This document shows positions 1 through 11,654 of a stretch of DNA of 64,000 nt, in pieces; the first letter of the stretch is position 1; every line of letters starts with the position of its first letter. Origin of the DNA: Chara braunii (lineage: Eukaryota; Plantae; Charophyceae); assembly GCA_003427395.1 (NCBI GenBank), contig BFEA01000013.1, positions 403,326 through 467,325 on the forward strand. Reading direction: 5' to 3'. Made by a program: the position numbers and the translations under genes. The notes beneath the pieces were generated by a model. That model was not told the DNA's origin and did not search any database. It saw only the letters and a list, made by a program, of their open reading frames with translations.

Positions 1-32
1 CTTATACACATCTAGATGTGTATAAGAGACAG
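1..32. other. Nextera mate-pair junction adapter (Tn5 mosaic ends), partial; library/assembly artefact
   Basis: CTTATACACATCT+AGATGTGTATAAGAGACAG matches the junction adapter CTGTCTCTTATACACATCT-AGATGTGTATAAGAGACAG. Confidence 0.97.
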
Positions 33-1059
33 CTTCCCACCCCACCTTTTCTCCCACCACCCACTATTTTACTCTTTTTTTTTTTTTTTTTTTTTTTTAT
101 CTCCTCTTTTTTTCTCTTTGCTTCTTGTTCCCTGTCAACCTTTCCCATCCATTTCTCTCTCATTCTCTCCCCCTCCTCTCCCCCAACTACATTCCCATCA
201 TCCCCCCACCTTCCACTTCCATTTTTTTCTCTCTCACCTATATCTCTCTTTTCTCCTTCATTTTTTCATCTCCTTCCCTCCCAACTTCGAAATTTTTCTG
301 TTTTCCCCTTTTTTTTTTCCTTGATTTATATTTCCTCTTTTTTCCAAAAATTCGAATTATCTTACTCCCCACCTTTTTTTCTCATTTCTTGATTTATTTC
401 ATTTTATTTTTATTTATTCAGAAAATTCAAATTTATTTGCGGCACCCTTAAATCTGATTAGGAGTTAGTCATTCTTGCTTTCGACACACATTTTGACCCC
501 GTAGGGGTAACGAAGTGTTGCCAAAATTTTATCATTTTAGCCTTGCTTCTTGACGGCACACGTCGACCTCATGGGGGTAATGAAATGCTGCTGAACTGTT
601 TATAAAATCGAACACTTAATTTTTATTCACCTCCTTGTCTACTTATTTATTTATTTATTTCTCTAGTTCTTTATTTTTATTTTTTTATTTATTATTTCTT
701 TATTCATTATTTCTTTATTTATTATTTATTTATTTATTATTTTTTAGTTATATTTTGAAATTTTTAATTTGCGCCGTCTTGAAACTTAGTTTGCTTATCT
801 TGGTCTCTCATTTCCCTTGGCACATTCTTGACCCCATGAGGGGTAGGGAAATATTGTCAAAAATTCCAAAAAAAATAAATATTATTTATCTCTTCACATT
901 TTGTTTTCTTATTTTCTTAATTATTTTCATTCGTTATTTATTTATTTATTTACTTATATCTTTCACTCGAAATTTCACTATTTATTTATTTTTCCTTCCG
1001 CCTCCCCTCGATTTTCTTGATTAGGTCACCGGTACCCTACTCTAACCACTCAAACTCCT

Positions 1060-1108
1060 GTTAGGGTTTTCTTAGGGTTTTTCTAGGGTTTAGGGTTTTC
1101 CTAAACCC
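1060..1108 (+). promoter_or_regulatory. Cluster of telomere-like/telo-box motifs upstream of the chromovirus gag
   Basis: Four (T)TAGGGTTT units followed by CCTAAACCC, about 180 bp before the ATG at 1283. A promoter role is inferred from plant telo-box (AAACCCTA) biology. Confidence 0.4.
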
Positions 1109-1282
1109 CCTACTTCCCCTTTCCATTCGGGCATTCTGAACCCGAGCCACCCTTCCTCCTTTGTGAGCGGCCGCGCTCGACTCACTAGCGTCGCCCGTCG
1201 TTTTCTACCGCGGAACCCCCCCTACGCCCTTCGCTCACGTGGACCTCCTTTGGCCCCCTCCAGTCCGGCCCGTCACCTCCCT

Positions 1283-2262
1283 ATGGCCGACGGCGTGTCA
1301 CAAGCCGACGATGCGGCGACAACCTCGGCACCGGGTTCCATACCCGTGCCAGCGGACAAGGGCCATCATCCCCAGGGGGATCTGCACACCCTCCTCACCT
1401 CCCTCCTTGCACCCTTACAGGCGCAGATGACAACTCTTGCCGCTGGCCTGCGGCAACTCCAGAACGTTGGCCGTCCTTCCTCTCCTCACTCTCTCTGTTC
1501 CCATGGCTCCCAGTTCGGGTCCCCCGTCCTCTGACATGGTGGCGACGACGGAGCTTCCTCCTCCACGGCCCCCGACCCGGCCATCCTGGTGACCGTCCAT
1601 GCTCCTAGCGCGACGGCCGCCACGGGCCACGCCTTCCCTCACTCTACGGGCGCACCCGCTCGTACTTCGGTCACTACGGCCACGGGACCTCAGCCCTCTG
1701 CCGCGGTCTCAGCTTTTCCGGGTGCCCCACTTCTCCCTCCCCTTCGCACGACCGCAACGCCACTTGGCTCTCCCCCTTGTCGGATGCCCCGCGCTGCACG
1801 TGCGTTCAGTTCCCCCACTCTTCCACCTGCCACTCCTCGCTCGATCTACATTCGATGTCTCGAGGACAAGCTTGCCCAGACCCAGGCCGACCCTGCCCTC
1901 TTAGGCCTCCAGCCACCCCTACCCTCACAGGTGGCCGCGCCTTCGCGCGCACCCCCTTCTTCATCTACTCATCCATCCATGCAGGCTCGCTTTCCCCGCC
2001 CTGCACCCCCTCCACCCGCAATCTACCTCCTTCTTACTCCCTCGGCTGCTGCGACCTCTTCGAATGTAGCTCCCTCGCAGTCTGCCGCTGTTGCCCCCGT
2101 TGCTCCACCATGCGGCCCGGGCGTACAGTCAGTTGTGGCCCCTTCTCCAGGATCTGCGCCGACTTACTCGACCGTAGCGCAGGCTTTTGCTCCGCGATCT
2201 CCTCGCCGCCAAAACGGTGGCGCACCACTCGTCCGCTTGACGAACATTGCCTTCTATGACGG
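1283..2262 (+). pseudogene. gag: Chromovirus gag, N-terminal Pro/Ala/Ser-rich part (interrupted by insertion)
   Basis: MADGVSQ... through ...VRLTNIAFYDG. The frame resumes at 24894 as TGIRVSRWLQSATRTL once the nested element and one TSD copy are removed. Confidence 0.75.
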
Positions 2263-3595
2263 TGTCGGGGAAACCCCCCCTCTTAGTCGGGGACTGCCCG
2301 GCCCCCCGCCTTTTGCTCTTTACTTAGTGCCCGCCTTCTTTCAGTTTCTCCATCCCTGCGAGTTTGCAAGACCGCTCTCCATTTCACACCGGGCGAGAGC
2401 CCGTCTGGATGACCAGGTTTAACTGCTCGTTCTTTAGTTCGGAGCAGAAAAGCTTCGCCCTGCAGGTCGGTTAGGTGCCTTACCCCCACTCAGCGCGGTG
2501 CCAACGAACTCTAGGAACGGGGGATTCAAGTGAAAGCATGCACACACAAAACCGGAGATCTTGATTCCGCTTCTGCCAATCTTCAGGGTAAGTACTGTCA
2601 AAGCGAGCAGGCTTCTTCCTGGCTTTCACTCCCGTACGAAGCCAAAGAACTTTTTAGGATATTAGAGCACAAGTATCTTTGCACACACGAAGCCAGAGAA
2701 CCCGGTTTCTGCCAACAGTAAGAACGAAAACTGGTATTCCAGTCTGGCATAAGAAGCTGGTGTCTTCCCCCCCCTTCGCTCAAGCCCCCCCCCTTCTTGG
2801 TTTTCGTCGGCACCCTCCCGGAAAGCGGTACGGATTAGGAGTATTCGTCAAGCGATCTGCAAAAAAAAAGGAAAAGAAAAAAAGAAAAAAAGTATATCGC
2901 AAACAAGATCCGAAAGCAAAGGATCTGAATCCTCGCACAGGTTCACCGAGAACAAGACCCGAAAGCAAGAAGTCCAAATCCTCGACCCGATTTCCCGCGG
3001 ATACCACTCCCCACTCGCTCTGCCCAGGGCCTGCGATCATGCGAACGGTAACGGAAGGATTTTACCTGAGAGAATCACGGGAAACAAAAACATGCAGCGG
3101 AAAGAGGGACCAACAAGCGAACCCAAAAAGGGGCGGCCCGCTGATCGGGAGTTTGGGCCAGGCGGACAATCTAGACGACAGATCGAAAATCGAGCATGGC
3201 TATTCGTCGAGCGAGTGGCCAAAGCGATCGGCTTGCCGTCGATCAGGGACAGTCCTTTCTTCCCTTCTTCCCAACTTCTCTCTCCCCTCTCCCGTTCTCT
3301 CAGCCTCTCCCTCTCTTTCTCTCTTTCTCTCCGTCTCTCTTTCTTCCTTTCCCTCCCTTTCTCACAGCCCCTCCTGCGCTCTCGAATGAAGAGGTGACAT
3401 TAAGCTGTGTGGTGCACGAGCGCTAGCTCCTTCTGCCGCGCGCTTTCCCCTACCTTTCGTGCGCCCGAGCTCCCGGACTCACGGCGCAAAAAAAACTTCC
3501 CCCACCCCTCTCCTCTTCTCGGTGCTCTCCTCCCCTCTCTCGATCAACCCGCTTCAGTGTCGTTCATGCCCGTACTCGCCCCCTCCTCCTGACTA

Positions 3596-3632
<37 letters not shown>

Positions 3633-6533
3633 ACAGGGAGGTCCTCTCTATCCCTCCCCCGCCCTCTCTCTCTTTCTTTCCCTCTCTCTCCCTCTCTCCC
3701 TCTCTCTCTTTTTCTCGAACTTGTTTGGCTCTCTTCACGGCTCTTGCACCCGATGTCGCTTCCCGCAGAGGCCTCGAGGTCCCCTGTCGGCAGGTCTTGG
3801 TGTCGGACGCTAGTGCGCTCTGGTGGAGTAGCTTCAACTCCCTCTCCTTCTCGCCCTCTCTTTTCTCTGGCCAGCTCGCTCGTCGAGCGTCCCTCCCCGC
3901 GTGCGGAGTTCGCCACTTCGTGTCGTTTGGCCACGATCTCTTCTCTTCTTCCGCTCTGCTCTTCTCTATCTCTCCCTTTTTCTCTTCCCTGCGCCCGACC
4001 CTCTTCCTGGCACCAGCGTCTCGAACTTGTGCACAAAAACGCGAGCTCTCGAGCTCTCACGCTCTCCTACCCGTGCTCTCCTTCCCCAAAGGATCTCCCT
4101 CCACTCTCCCCTCTCCCTCGCCCACGCGGACGCAGCCGGGCCCACTCACCGTCGAACCTTCTCGCTCTTTCCCTCGCTTGTGGGCGAGCTGGCAAGCTTA
4201 CTAGCCCCTCTCGCGAGCGATGTGCGGCTGAACCGGTCCACATGCGTACGCCTAGAGAACCCTTCTTCGAAGTGGCGTGACGACCACCGAATCTACTCCG
4301 TGCGCGCTCCTTCTGCTCTCCTCCTCCCTTCCTACCTCTTCCCCATCCCTTCTCTCTTCCTCTCCTCATGCCCTCAGACCATCTCTGACATGTCGGGCGC
4401 TTCCTCGGGCGCAATGACGCAAGCCTGATCAACCCGTGCGCTAGAACGTAAACCAAATCCCCGTGCGTGCCCGTAGCTCCCTCGACACTAGCACTTCTCC
4501 TCTAGTTCCAGCCCCTGCGCTCTCCATCTCGGCCTCGCTTTCTCTTTTTCTCCTCGGAACGAGCGCAGACGAACTCTAACATCCTTCGTGCGAGGGAAAG
4601 AGTTTCTTCTTCGAAGTTCCCTCCGTTTCCCCTTCTAACGGTCCTCCTCACTTCGCGATTATCCCTTCCCTTCTTGTTAATCGGATTGCTCGCTTCGCCC
4701 AGCAGGAAAACCGACTATACTTCGGCCCAGTCCCCGCTCAGGTACATTAGCGGAGCTTACCTCCCGCCCTCGTCGCTTGCCCTTCCCTGCGAACCGCCTC
4801 CCTTTTCCCTTCCATGCTTCCCTTACTCCCAGGTCCTCCTCGCCCGCTTAATCCAGCCTGTTATGCCCGCAGGAGCTCCCACGCTCTGCCTGGCCAACTC
4901 CAATTTCAAGTCCCCGTTGATGCGCTCGCGATTGTCATCTCTTCTCCAATCCCATCGTTCGTTTTTCCCCTTTCCGGATCTTTTCTCCTTGCTCATAGTT
5001 GGGGACAAAAGCCCGCGCCGCTCTTCTTTTTTTTCACAATTATCAAGAACAGAATACCCGCCTCCTCTTTTCCCAACTGTTTCAGTCGCTGCCCCAGATT
5101 ATTTCCTCGCGTCCCTCCGTCTCCCTCTTTTTCGACTGGCCGTACTGCACCCTATCGAAGTCTCAGCCCGATACACACTGAATAAGGCTCGAGCCAAGGC
5201 TCCTCTTTTGTTTCTTGACCCCTCAGTCGGTTCCCTGCTCCTCATCCCCCTTTTTAGAGCATGTCTATCCGTGCCCAGTGTCTTTTACGGGAATCTACCC
5301 TGCTAGCAACGTGACTGCAATCATCTGCATTTTCCCATTTCAGTTCTATGTCTGCAAACCCTGGCTGCTGGCGCTTTCCGGCCTGCTCCTTTGTCGGAAT
5401 TCACATCATCGGTCGTTTGCCGCGCATGGTCTGCTCTGAGTTGGAGTCGCCCATCTCGTGCCCCCCCCCCGACCCGCTTTTGCGCTTAGCATTGGTTGTC
5501 TCTCTCCCTGCTCCTTAAAGCGTCAGCAAAAATTTAGAGAAGCAATTTCTCCCCCCCCCCCCCCGAAAATTTCTAAGTCTCTTGCATCCACACACCAATA
5601 CGCAAAAGCAAAGACAACCTATACCGTCCTCCTTCATACCTGTCTCTTATACACATCTAGATGTGTATAAGAGACAGGGCCCTCTCTCCTCCAGCAGGCT
5701 TGCTGCAGCGAAGGCCAAGACCCTCCTGGTCTTGGTATACCTTGTGCCCATGGAGACACCAAGTGCCAGGTATCACCTCCCTCTTCCCTCTCCCTANAAA
5801 ATTTCTAAGTCTCTTGCATCCACACACCAATACGCAAAAGCAAAGACAACCTACACCGTCCTCCTTCATACTGTGGCCCTTACGGGAAGTCCAGATCCCT
5901 TTGCCGCTGTTTTCGATTGACCGACCGCAGCCGACACGTCCAGGTACCCGCCCTCTTTTCGGTCAGCGCGCCATATCCCAAGCCAGTCTACGCCCCAACT
6001 ATGAGAAGCCTCAGCTGCCGATTTTTGAAACCACGACTTTTTTCAGAAATCGGAGCATTCTCACGTGATTGTCGTAGCGGAATAGCCTCGGCCTTATTTC
6101 GCGACAAGGGCCATTACGTCGAACCTGATCTTTCAGTACCGTCTTCTTGGCCAAGTGAGAGCAAACCCCACCACGTGCACCCGTGGTAGCCCGGCGGTCA
6201 TACGTAACCGAGGTCTAGCGCCTTCACTGGTTCTCCGTTTTAGGTCCGACCAAGGCCCATTCCGATGTACATCCTTCGCCCTGTATTTCCAGATTTTGAC
6301 ACCCCAACTCCGATCTTTTATGATCCGCCCGAGCCCACTTGCGACCAAGTTTTGGATCCTCACTTCAGCCAGCCGAAGGGTTAGTACGAAGACCCAGACG
6401 CCCGAGGACATCCACAAACGCCATATCCATATGCACTCATACGTCAAAACCAAGCAAAAACTGCAAAAAAAAAGGGAAAAAATATTTTTTATGTCAAAGC
6501 AAAACCCTTCGGCCGTTAGACAGCCGCCCGACA
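2263..6533 (-). repeat. 3' LTR of the nested gypsy element
   Basis: Colinear direct repeat of 20643-24889. Lacks about 200 bp present in the other copy (~22965-23180). Contains adapter-associated artefact sequence at 5640-5870. Confidence 0.95.
5640..5677. other. Complete Nextera mate-pair junction adapter; assembly artefact
   Basis: Exact CTGTCTCTTATACACATCTAGATGTGTATAAGAGACAG, followed by ~120 bp absent from the sister LTR, an N, and a re-read of 5566-5639. Confidence 0.97.
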
Positions 6534-6555
6534 ACCAGCCCACACCCCATTTCTC
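6534..6555 (-). promoter_or_regulatory. Polypurine tract (PPT) candidate
   Basis: Minus strand reads GAGAAATGGGGTGTGGGCTGGT immediately before the 3' LTR; G-rich but imperfect. Confidence 0.55.
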
Positions 6556-6865
6556 GCCGTCCTCGACGAGCATTTCCCATTGTATGTCCTCTCTCCTTAT
6601 TTTAGTCTATCCCATTTCTCCGGGTCCCTCTGGTTGCCCCTTCCCTTTTTCCGTATACACACCCGTTGGTGCCCCTTTTTTTCTAACTATGCCCGTTTTC
6701 CCTAACTACGGTACAAAATTCCCTCCGGAGTCACAACATATCGCCCTTTTCCAACTCACATTTTCCTAACCATGGTACATCCTTCCCCTCGGTCCCGTGG
6801 CACATGTCCCTCTCTAACTATGGTACAATCACCCTCCCTAGGATTAGGACTCATGGCGCATCATC

Positions 6866-7111
6866 CTATGACCGTCTCCGTCTCCTCTTCCTCTTCTCGT
6901 GCCTCTCTCTCATCCGTTCCCTCTTCTTTCTTTCCAGTTCGATTCTCACGGCTTTCCTTAAGGCTCTCCTTCTCTTTCTTAGCCTGCGTTTCCCTAACCG
7001 GTCGGTGCCACCTTCATCCTCTCTAGGTCTTTTCTTATTCCTTGGGGTCTTAGGTAGGCAAGGCTTCCGAACCTTGTACCCCTTCCTTTTTAACCGTAGC
7101 CCCTTGCTCAA
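6866..7111 (-). CDS. Small, highly basic Arg/Lys-rich ORF; duplicate of 7351-7653
   Basis: RKGYKVRKPCLPKTPRNKKRPREDEGGTDRL...RRRRRS; TTG start only, so expression is uncertain. Confidence 0.45.
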   Translation of the reverse strand: MSKGLRLKRKGYKVRKPCLPKTPRNKKRPREDEGGTDRLGKRRLRKRRRALRKAVRIELERKKRERMRERHEKRKRRRRRS

Positions 7112-7350
7112 TGAAAGGTTTCTCCCTTTTTAACCCATTTCCCAGACTTGACCCTACTGTCTCGTCACGACGGTATCCATGCCCCGCGACACATCCCTGC
7201 CTTATGACACCGGTCTACGGTACAATATCCTCTCAGGATCCCGAACCCTGTTTTCTAACTTTTGTACATTATGGTACAAATTCCCCTTCGACATATCACT
7301 TTTTCCGGACCACGTTTTCTAACTATAGTACACCATTCTCCTCCCCCTTT

Positions 7351-7653
7351 TTACGCCCGTCTCCGTCTCCTCATCCTCTTCTCACGCCTCTCTTTCTTCC
7401 GTTTTCTCTCCTCTCTCTCACGTTTGAGTCTCAGGGCCTTTCTTGACGCATTCCTCCTCTCATTCAACCTGCGTTTCCTCAATCGGTCAGTATCTCCGTC
7501 ATCCTCCCTCGGTCGTTTCTTTTTCCTAGGGGTCTTTGGTAGGGCAGTTTTCCGGACCTTATACCCTTTCCTTGGGGGTCGAGAAGAGGCTCCTTGTTTG
7601 GAGGTCTCCCCTTTTTCGTGGGTTACGCTCACCTTTGTGTCAATAACTTCTTT
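7351..7653 (-). CDS. Highly basic ORF in frame with integrase, separated from it by one TGA
   Basis: ...CAG AAA TGA AAA GAA GTT ATT GAC ACA AAG GTG AGC...; encodes RKGYKVRKTALPKTPRKKKRPREDDGDTDRL. Confidence 0.55.
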   Translation of the reverse strand, partial: KEVIDTKVSVTHEKGETSKQGASSRPPRKGYKVRKTALPKTPRKKKRPREDDGDTDRLRKRRLNERRNASRKALRLKREREERKRKKERREKRMRRRRRA

Positions 7654-8958
7654 TCATTTCTGACACAGCTCTTCCCCAAGGGTCCCTCTTGCTCGGAAAA
7701 TTTTGAGACGAGCCCCCGCGATAGGGTCCCTTAGCCTGCTCCCGTCTAATTCCGTGAGCATATAAGCCCCCCCATCCAATCTCTTTAGGACCTTATAAGG
7801 CCCCATCCATCGGTTCACCAATTTCCGGCTCCAGGTCTTTTCTAGCGACGAATCGTACATCAGAATTAGGTCGTTAACCCCTATCGGCGCTTTTCTGACC
7901 CGCAAATTTTTGTCCCACCTATCTTTTTTTTTCACCCTTTTTCTCTCGACGTTCTCACTGGCCGCGGTTACCCTGGTATCCAAGTTTTCGGCTATCTGCT
8001 GTATCCTTGCCTCCGACAGTTCAGCCCTGAACATGTTGGTTTCCCACGAGACACTCGTCCAAGTGTCAATGTGGAATTCGATGGGTAGGGGACAGTGCCT
8101 ATCGAACCAAAGGGTGTAAGGAGGGTATTCCGGACTGAACTTGACTGTGATATTATCGGCCCAAACCGCGTACCGCAAGTATCTCGGCCACTGTTCCGCG
8201 CGGCCTTTGCACCTCTTCGCCAGAGCGTCCACTGCCTTTTCCAATAACGCCTTAACCTTTTGGCTCAAGAACTCGACGCCCCTATCCATGACTATTCTCC
8301 CGACACACCCGTACCGCATGATATATTCCAAGAGAAACTCACTTACCTCTTCTGTCGTCTTCTTCTTAATGGCCTTTGCCTCTACGAATCCCGTGAGGTC
8401 ATCCCGGGCGTTGATTATATACCGAAGTCCGCCGACCCCTTTCGGCATGGTCACTAAATCTACATGGACCTTCTCGCCCGGAACCGTGGGAAGCGACGAG
8501 ACTAAGGGGTCTTTGTACCGTACCGTCGCCCTCTTCTGGCAGGCTTCACATGTAGAGCAGTACTTTTCCACTTTCGTGTACTGTCCGTCCCACCAATAAA
8601 GCCTACGGACCTTGTCGAAAGTACCCTTCACCCCCCTATGACCTCCAACGACCCCATCGTGTAACTCCTCTATGACCGCCCTTCTCTCCTCCGGATCGCA
8701 CAATACCCTCATGGGTATCGCAAATTTGGTGGGTCTTTTGAAGAGATGGCCTCCCCGCATGCAATACCCCAGCGCCTCTTGCTGGATTCTTTCAGTCCCT
8801 GTTTCCCTACCGGCCAAGTACAGTCCTATGTCCCGGTACTTCCTGTCGTAGAGGTTTGCGAGAAAAGTCCTTGGGCCCCCTTCTTCCCCTCGGCTGCTCC
8901 CCGCCGTTTGCGCCCTATTAGCGGTGACTTTCATTATCCCCCCCTCGACCATTGTCAC
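7654..8958 (-). pseudogene. pol: Retrotransposon integrase (HHCC zinc finger, DDE core, GPY motif)
   Basis: LHDGVVGGHRG...CSTCEACQ, VHVDLV, VMDRG, WMGPYKV. The catalytic E region appears deleted. Confidence 0.93.
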
Positions 8959-8989
8959 TGCTTCCTCCTTAAGCCTAGGTAAGTCCTCC

Positions 8990-9511
8990 TCACGAATGGT
9001 CGGAGCTATAGTCGTAAAGCCTAATGTGTATCATCCATCGGGCAATGGTCGGATCGGTCAGTGATAAATCCTTTTGAAGGAATGGCGCTACTGCAGTTGG
9101 ATCTACTCTCAGGAGAAATCGTCGCCCGTATAGGTAATGACGGAAGGCCTTTAGGCAATGCAGGACCCCTAACACCTCCTTTTTGAATTGGCTGTAATTT
9201 CTCTCGGCGGGGTTCAATGTCCGGCTCTCGAATCGCAACGGTTTCTCTTTCCCTTCTCCGTCCTTTTGTGACAGGATGCCTCCTACTGAATGAGGTCCAG
9301 CGTCCGTGGACACTATGAACGGGCGACTCTCCTCGTCTTCGAAGAACGGAACTCCTAGGACCTCTCCACCTTCGCGGAACTCCTCCTTCAAAGCTTCCAT
9401 GGCCGCGACTTGTTCTTCTCCCCAAACCCATCCTTCTGATTTCCTGAGGAGTCTTCTTAGGGGTTCTGCTTTCTCTCCATAGGCTTTTATGAAGATCCTC
9501 CAGTAGCCCAC
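8990..9511 (-). pseudogene. pol: RT thumb and Ty3-type RNase H
   Basis: GYWRIFIK, STDAGPHSVGGILSQ, NYSQFKKEVLG, FLLRVD, IARW. Confidence 0.93.
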
Positions 9512-9532
9512 AACCCCTAGAAACTGTCGGAC

Positions 9533-10400
9533 CTACGTTATGGATTTGAGCGGCGATGGCCAAGTCATCAACTTTACCAATTTCTCGGGGTCAGGCCTCC
9601 GCCCCTCCTTATCGCAAATAAACCTTAATATCTTGATGGAGGAAACTCCCCAACGACTCTTAGTCCCGCTTACCATGAGGTTGGCATCATCTAGTTTCTC
9701 GAGGATGTTCCTGACATCTCTCATGTGGTTGGCCACAAACCTTTTAACCCCCGGGAAAACCTCGGTCTCATCTCGCTCGACCGGCCCTTTTATCGGGAAG
9801 TCATCCAGGAAGACCTCCACCTTCTCCGGTATGAACTCCTTGAGGACCGCGATCATGGCCCTTTGGAACATTGCTACCCCATTCGTCCAACCCATCGGTA
9901 CTACCATCATTTGAACCAGCCCTAAAGGCGTATGCATGGCGGTCATGTGCCTGTCCCGGTAATCTAAGGGAATTTCATCATACCCTGAGAAGAGATCGCA
10001 GATAGAGTATATTGAGCGGCTTGCCGATCCTTCCGCTAGCAAGTCGGCCTCAGGTATAGACCCCACATTTCTTATGGTGACCGCATTGGTCCTCTGGAGG
10101 TTCTGAATCCATCTCAGTTTGTTGCTACCCCCCTTCCTCATAAAGAACTACTTATTGGAGTAGGCACTCTCGCAAGGCTCCGCGACAAACGTCCTTATCT
10201 TTTCCTTGATAAAGACCACTATCTCCTCTTTCTCCTTTTGAGCGTACTTCGACTAAGGCCTATCCTTCCAAGGCATGTGCGGGACCATGTGGATCTGTGC
10301 CGGCTTAGCGTACCTTGGGTCGATCCTCCCTCTCTCCAAGTCATCAAAGGCAATGGCCTTATCGCACCCCCTTAGGGTCATTGCTATTAGCCCCTTCTCT
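9533..10400 (-). pseudogene. pol: Reverse transcriptase (gypsy)
   Basis: CDLFSGYDEI, PMGWTNG, FLDDF; the upstream part is disrupted by stops. Confidence 0.94.
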
Positions 10401-10899
10401 TCCTCCGTGAGGTTCCCATCTCCTATATCCATTTTGCGGCCGTTATCCTTTGCCCTTCCGTCTCTTTCCTCTTCCGAATGATATCGGCTATCTCCTCTTC
10501 CGATATTGTAGCTTCCCCCGTTCTATCCCGGATGATTGCGGCATGTTTTACTTTTTCCGCCACGGTTTTATGTTTCTTGACTCCGCCGGCTAGGGGGATA
10601 CCTCCAAAAAAGACACACTCACGCATCCACCGAACTCCTCCTCCTCGTCCTCCTTCTCGTACCCCATACCATTAATTAGAATCCTATCCCCCACGTCCTC
10701 GACCTCCAATTGGTCGCTCTTGGGTCCCCTATCTGTCAAAGGCACCTCCTCCTGACGGACTCGGCACACCCTCGACTGACTCACCTTGCGTCTAGCAATG
10801 CTGGTCCGGTTACGTTCGTCTTGCGCGTCTACGGTCTTCAGGATCACTCGAATTTCATCGGGACTTTGTATCGAGAGGGTCTGATTCCCATCCGGCAAA

Positions 10900-11200
10900 T
10901 CAACCGTGGGTGCGTGTACTGTGCTCAGCCAGGTCCTCCTGAGGATCAATTCGGAGGAGCACTCTTATCGGGACCGTGGTCTCTACGCCAGCAACCTCGA
11001 TCACGGGGCTATGACACACCCCTTCCGCCGGTTGCAGCTTGTTATCGGCCACCACCATTGACATTGAGACCCCTCGATCTATCTCCAAGCCCAGCTCCCG
11101 TGCGATGGAGTCCCTACAAACCGTAGACTTGGGCCCGTTGTCTACTAGAGCCCTCATCTTCTTCCCACTTACTACCGCCTGGAACTGACAACTACCTAAC
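10900..11200 (-). pseudogene. pol: Aspartic protease
   Basis: MRALVDNG active-site-like motif; downstream ILxR motif in a shifted frame. Confidence 0.8.
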
Positions 11201-11654
11201 ACATTTAATTTCTTAGCCTCTTCTATCGAGAAGAAGTTGGCAGGTAGTTCCTCCATGGTAATGCGGGAGGCCTGTACTTCTTCCTTGGCTGGACCCTCCA
11301 CCGGCACCGTGGGTCCCCCTACGATCGGGACTCTTACCTTCCTTGTGATGCTTAGGAGCTCCTCCTTGGCGCTTTTGCTCGCGGCTAGATATTCCAAAAG
11401 TGTGCACTGCATAGGTTGCATCAGGGTTCTCCTAAGGGGTGCTACCGTGTCTATCTCATCTAGAGTGCACTTCATTTCGAACTTTATGAACCCCCTTTTC
11501 TTAGGCGATTTTGGCGAGGTGGGCTCTTCGTTCTTTTCTTCCACCGCTTTCGCATCGGCCATAGGCTGGTCATTGTCGCCGCTTCTCACTTCCGTTCCTT
11601 CCGGCACGCTTGCTTGGTTCTCGGACGTCTCGGTCCCGACCTGCGTCCTCACCC

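Noticed and set aside
1-32. Tn5 mosaic ends as a real transposon insertion
   Set aside because: The back-to-back arrangement is exactly the mate-pair junction adapter, with no transposon body.
2530-6769. Numerous ORFs inside both LTRs
   Set aside because: Low-complexity pyrimidine-rich translations; the longer frames break at different places in the two LTR copies.
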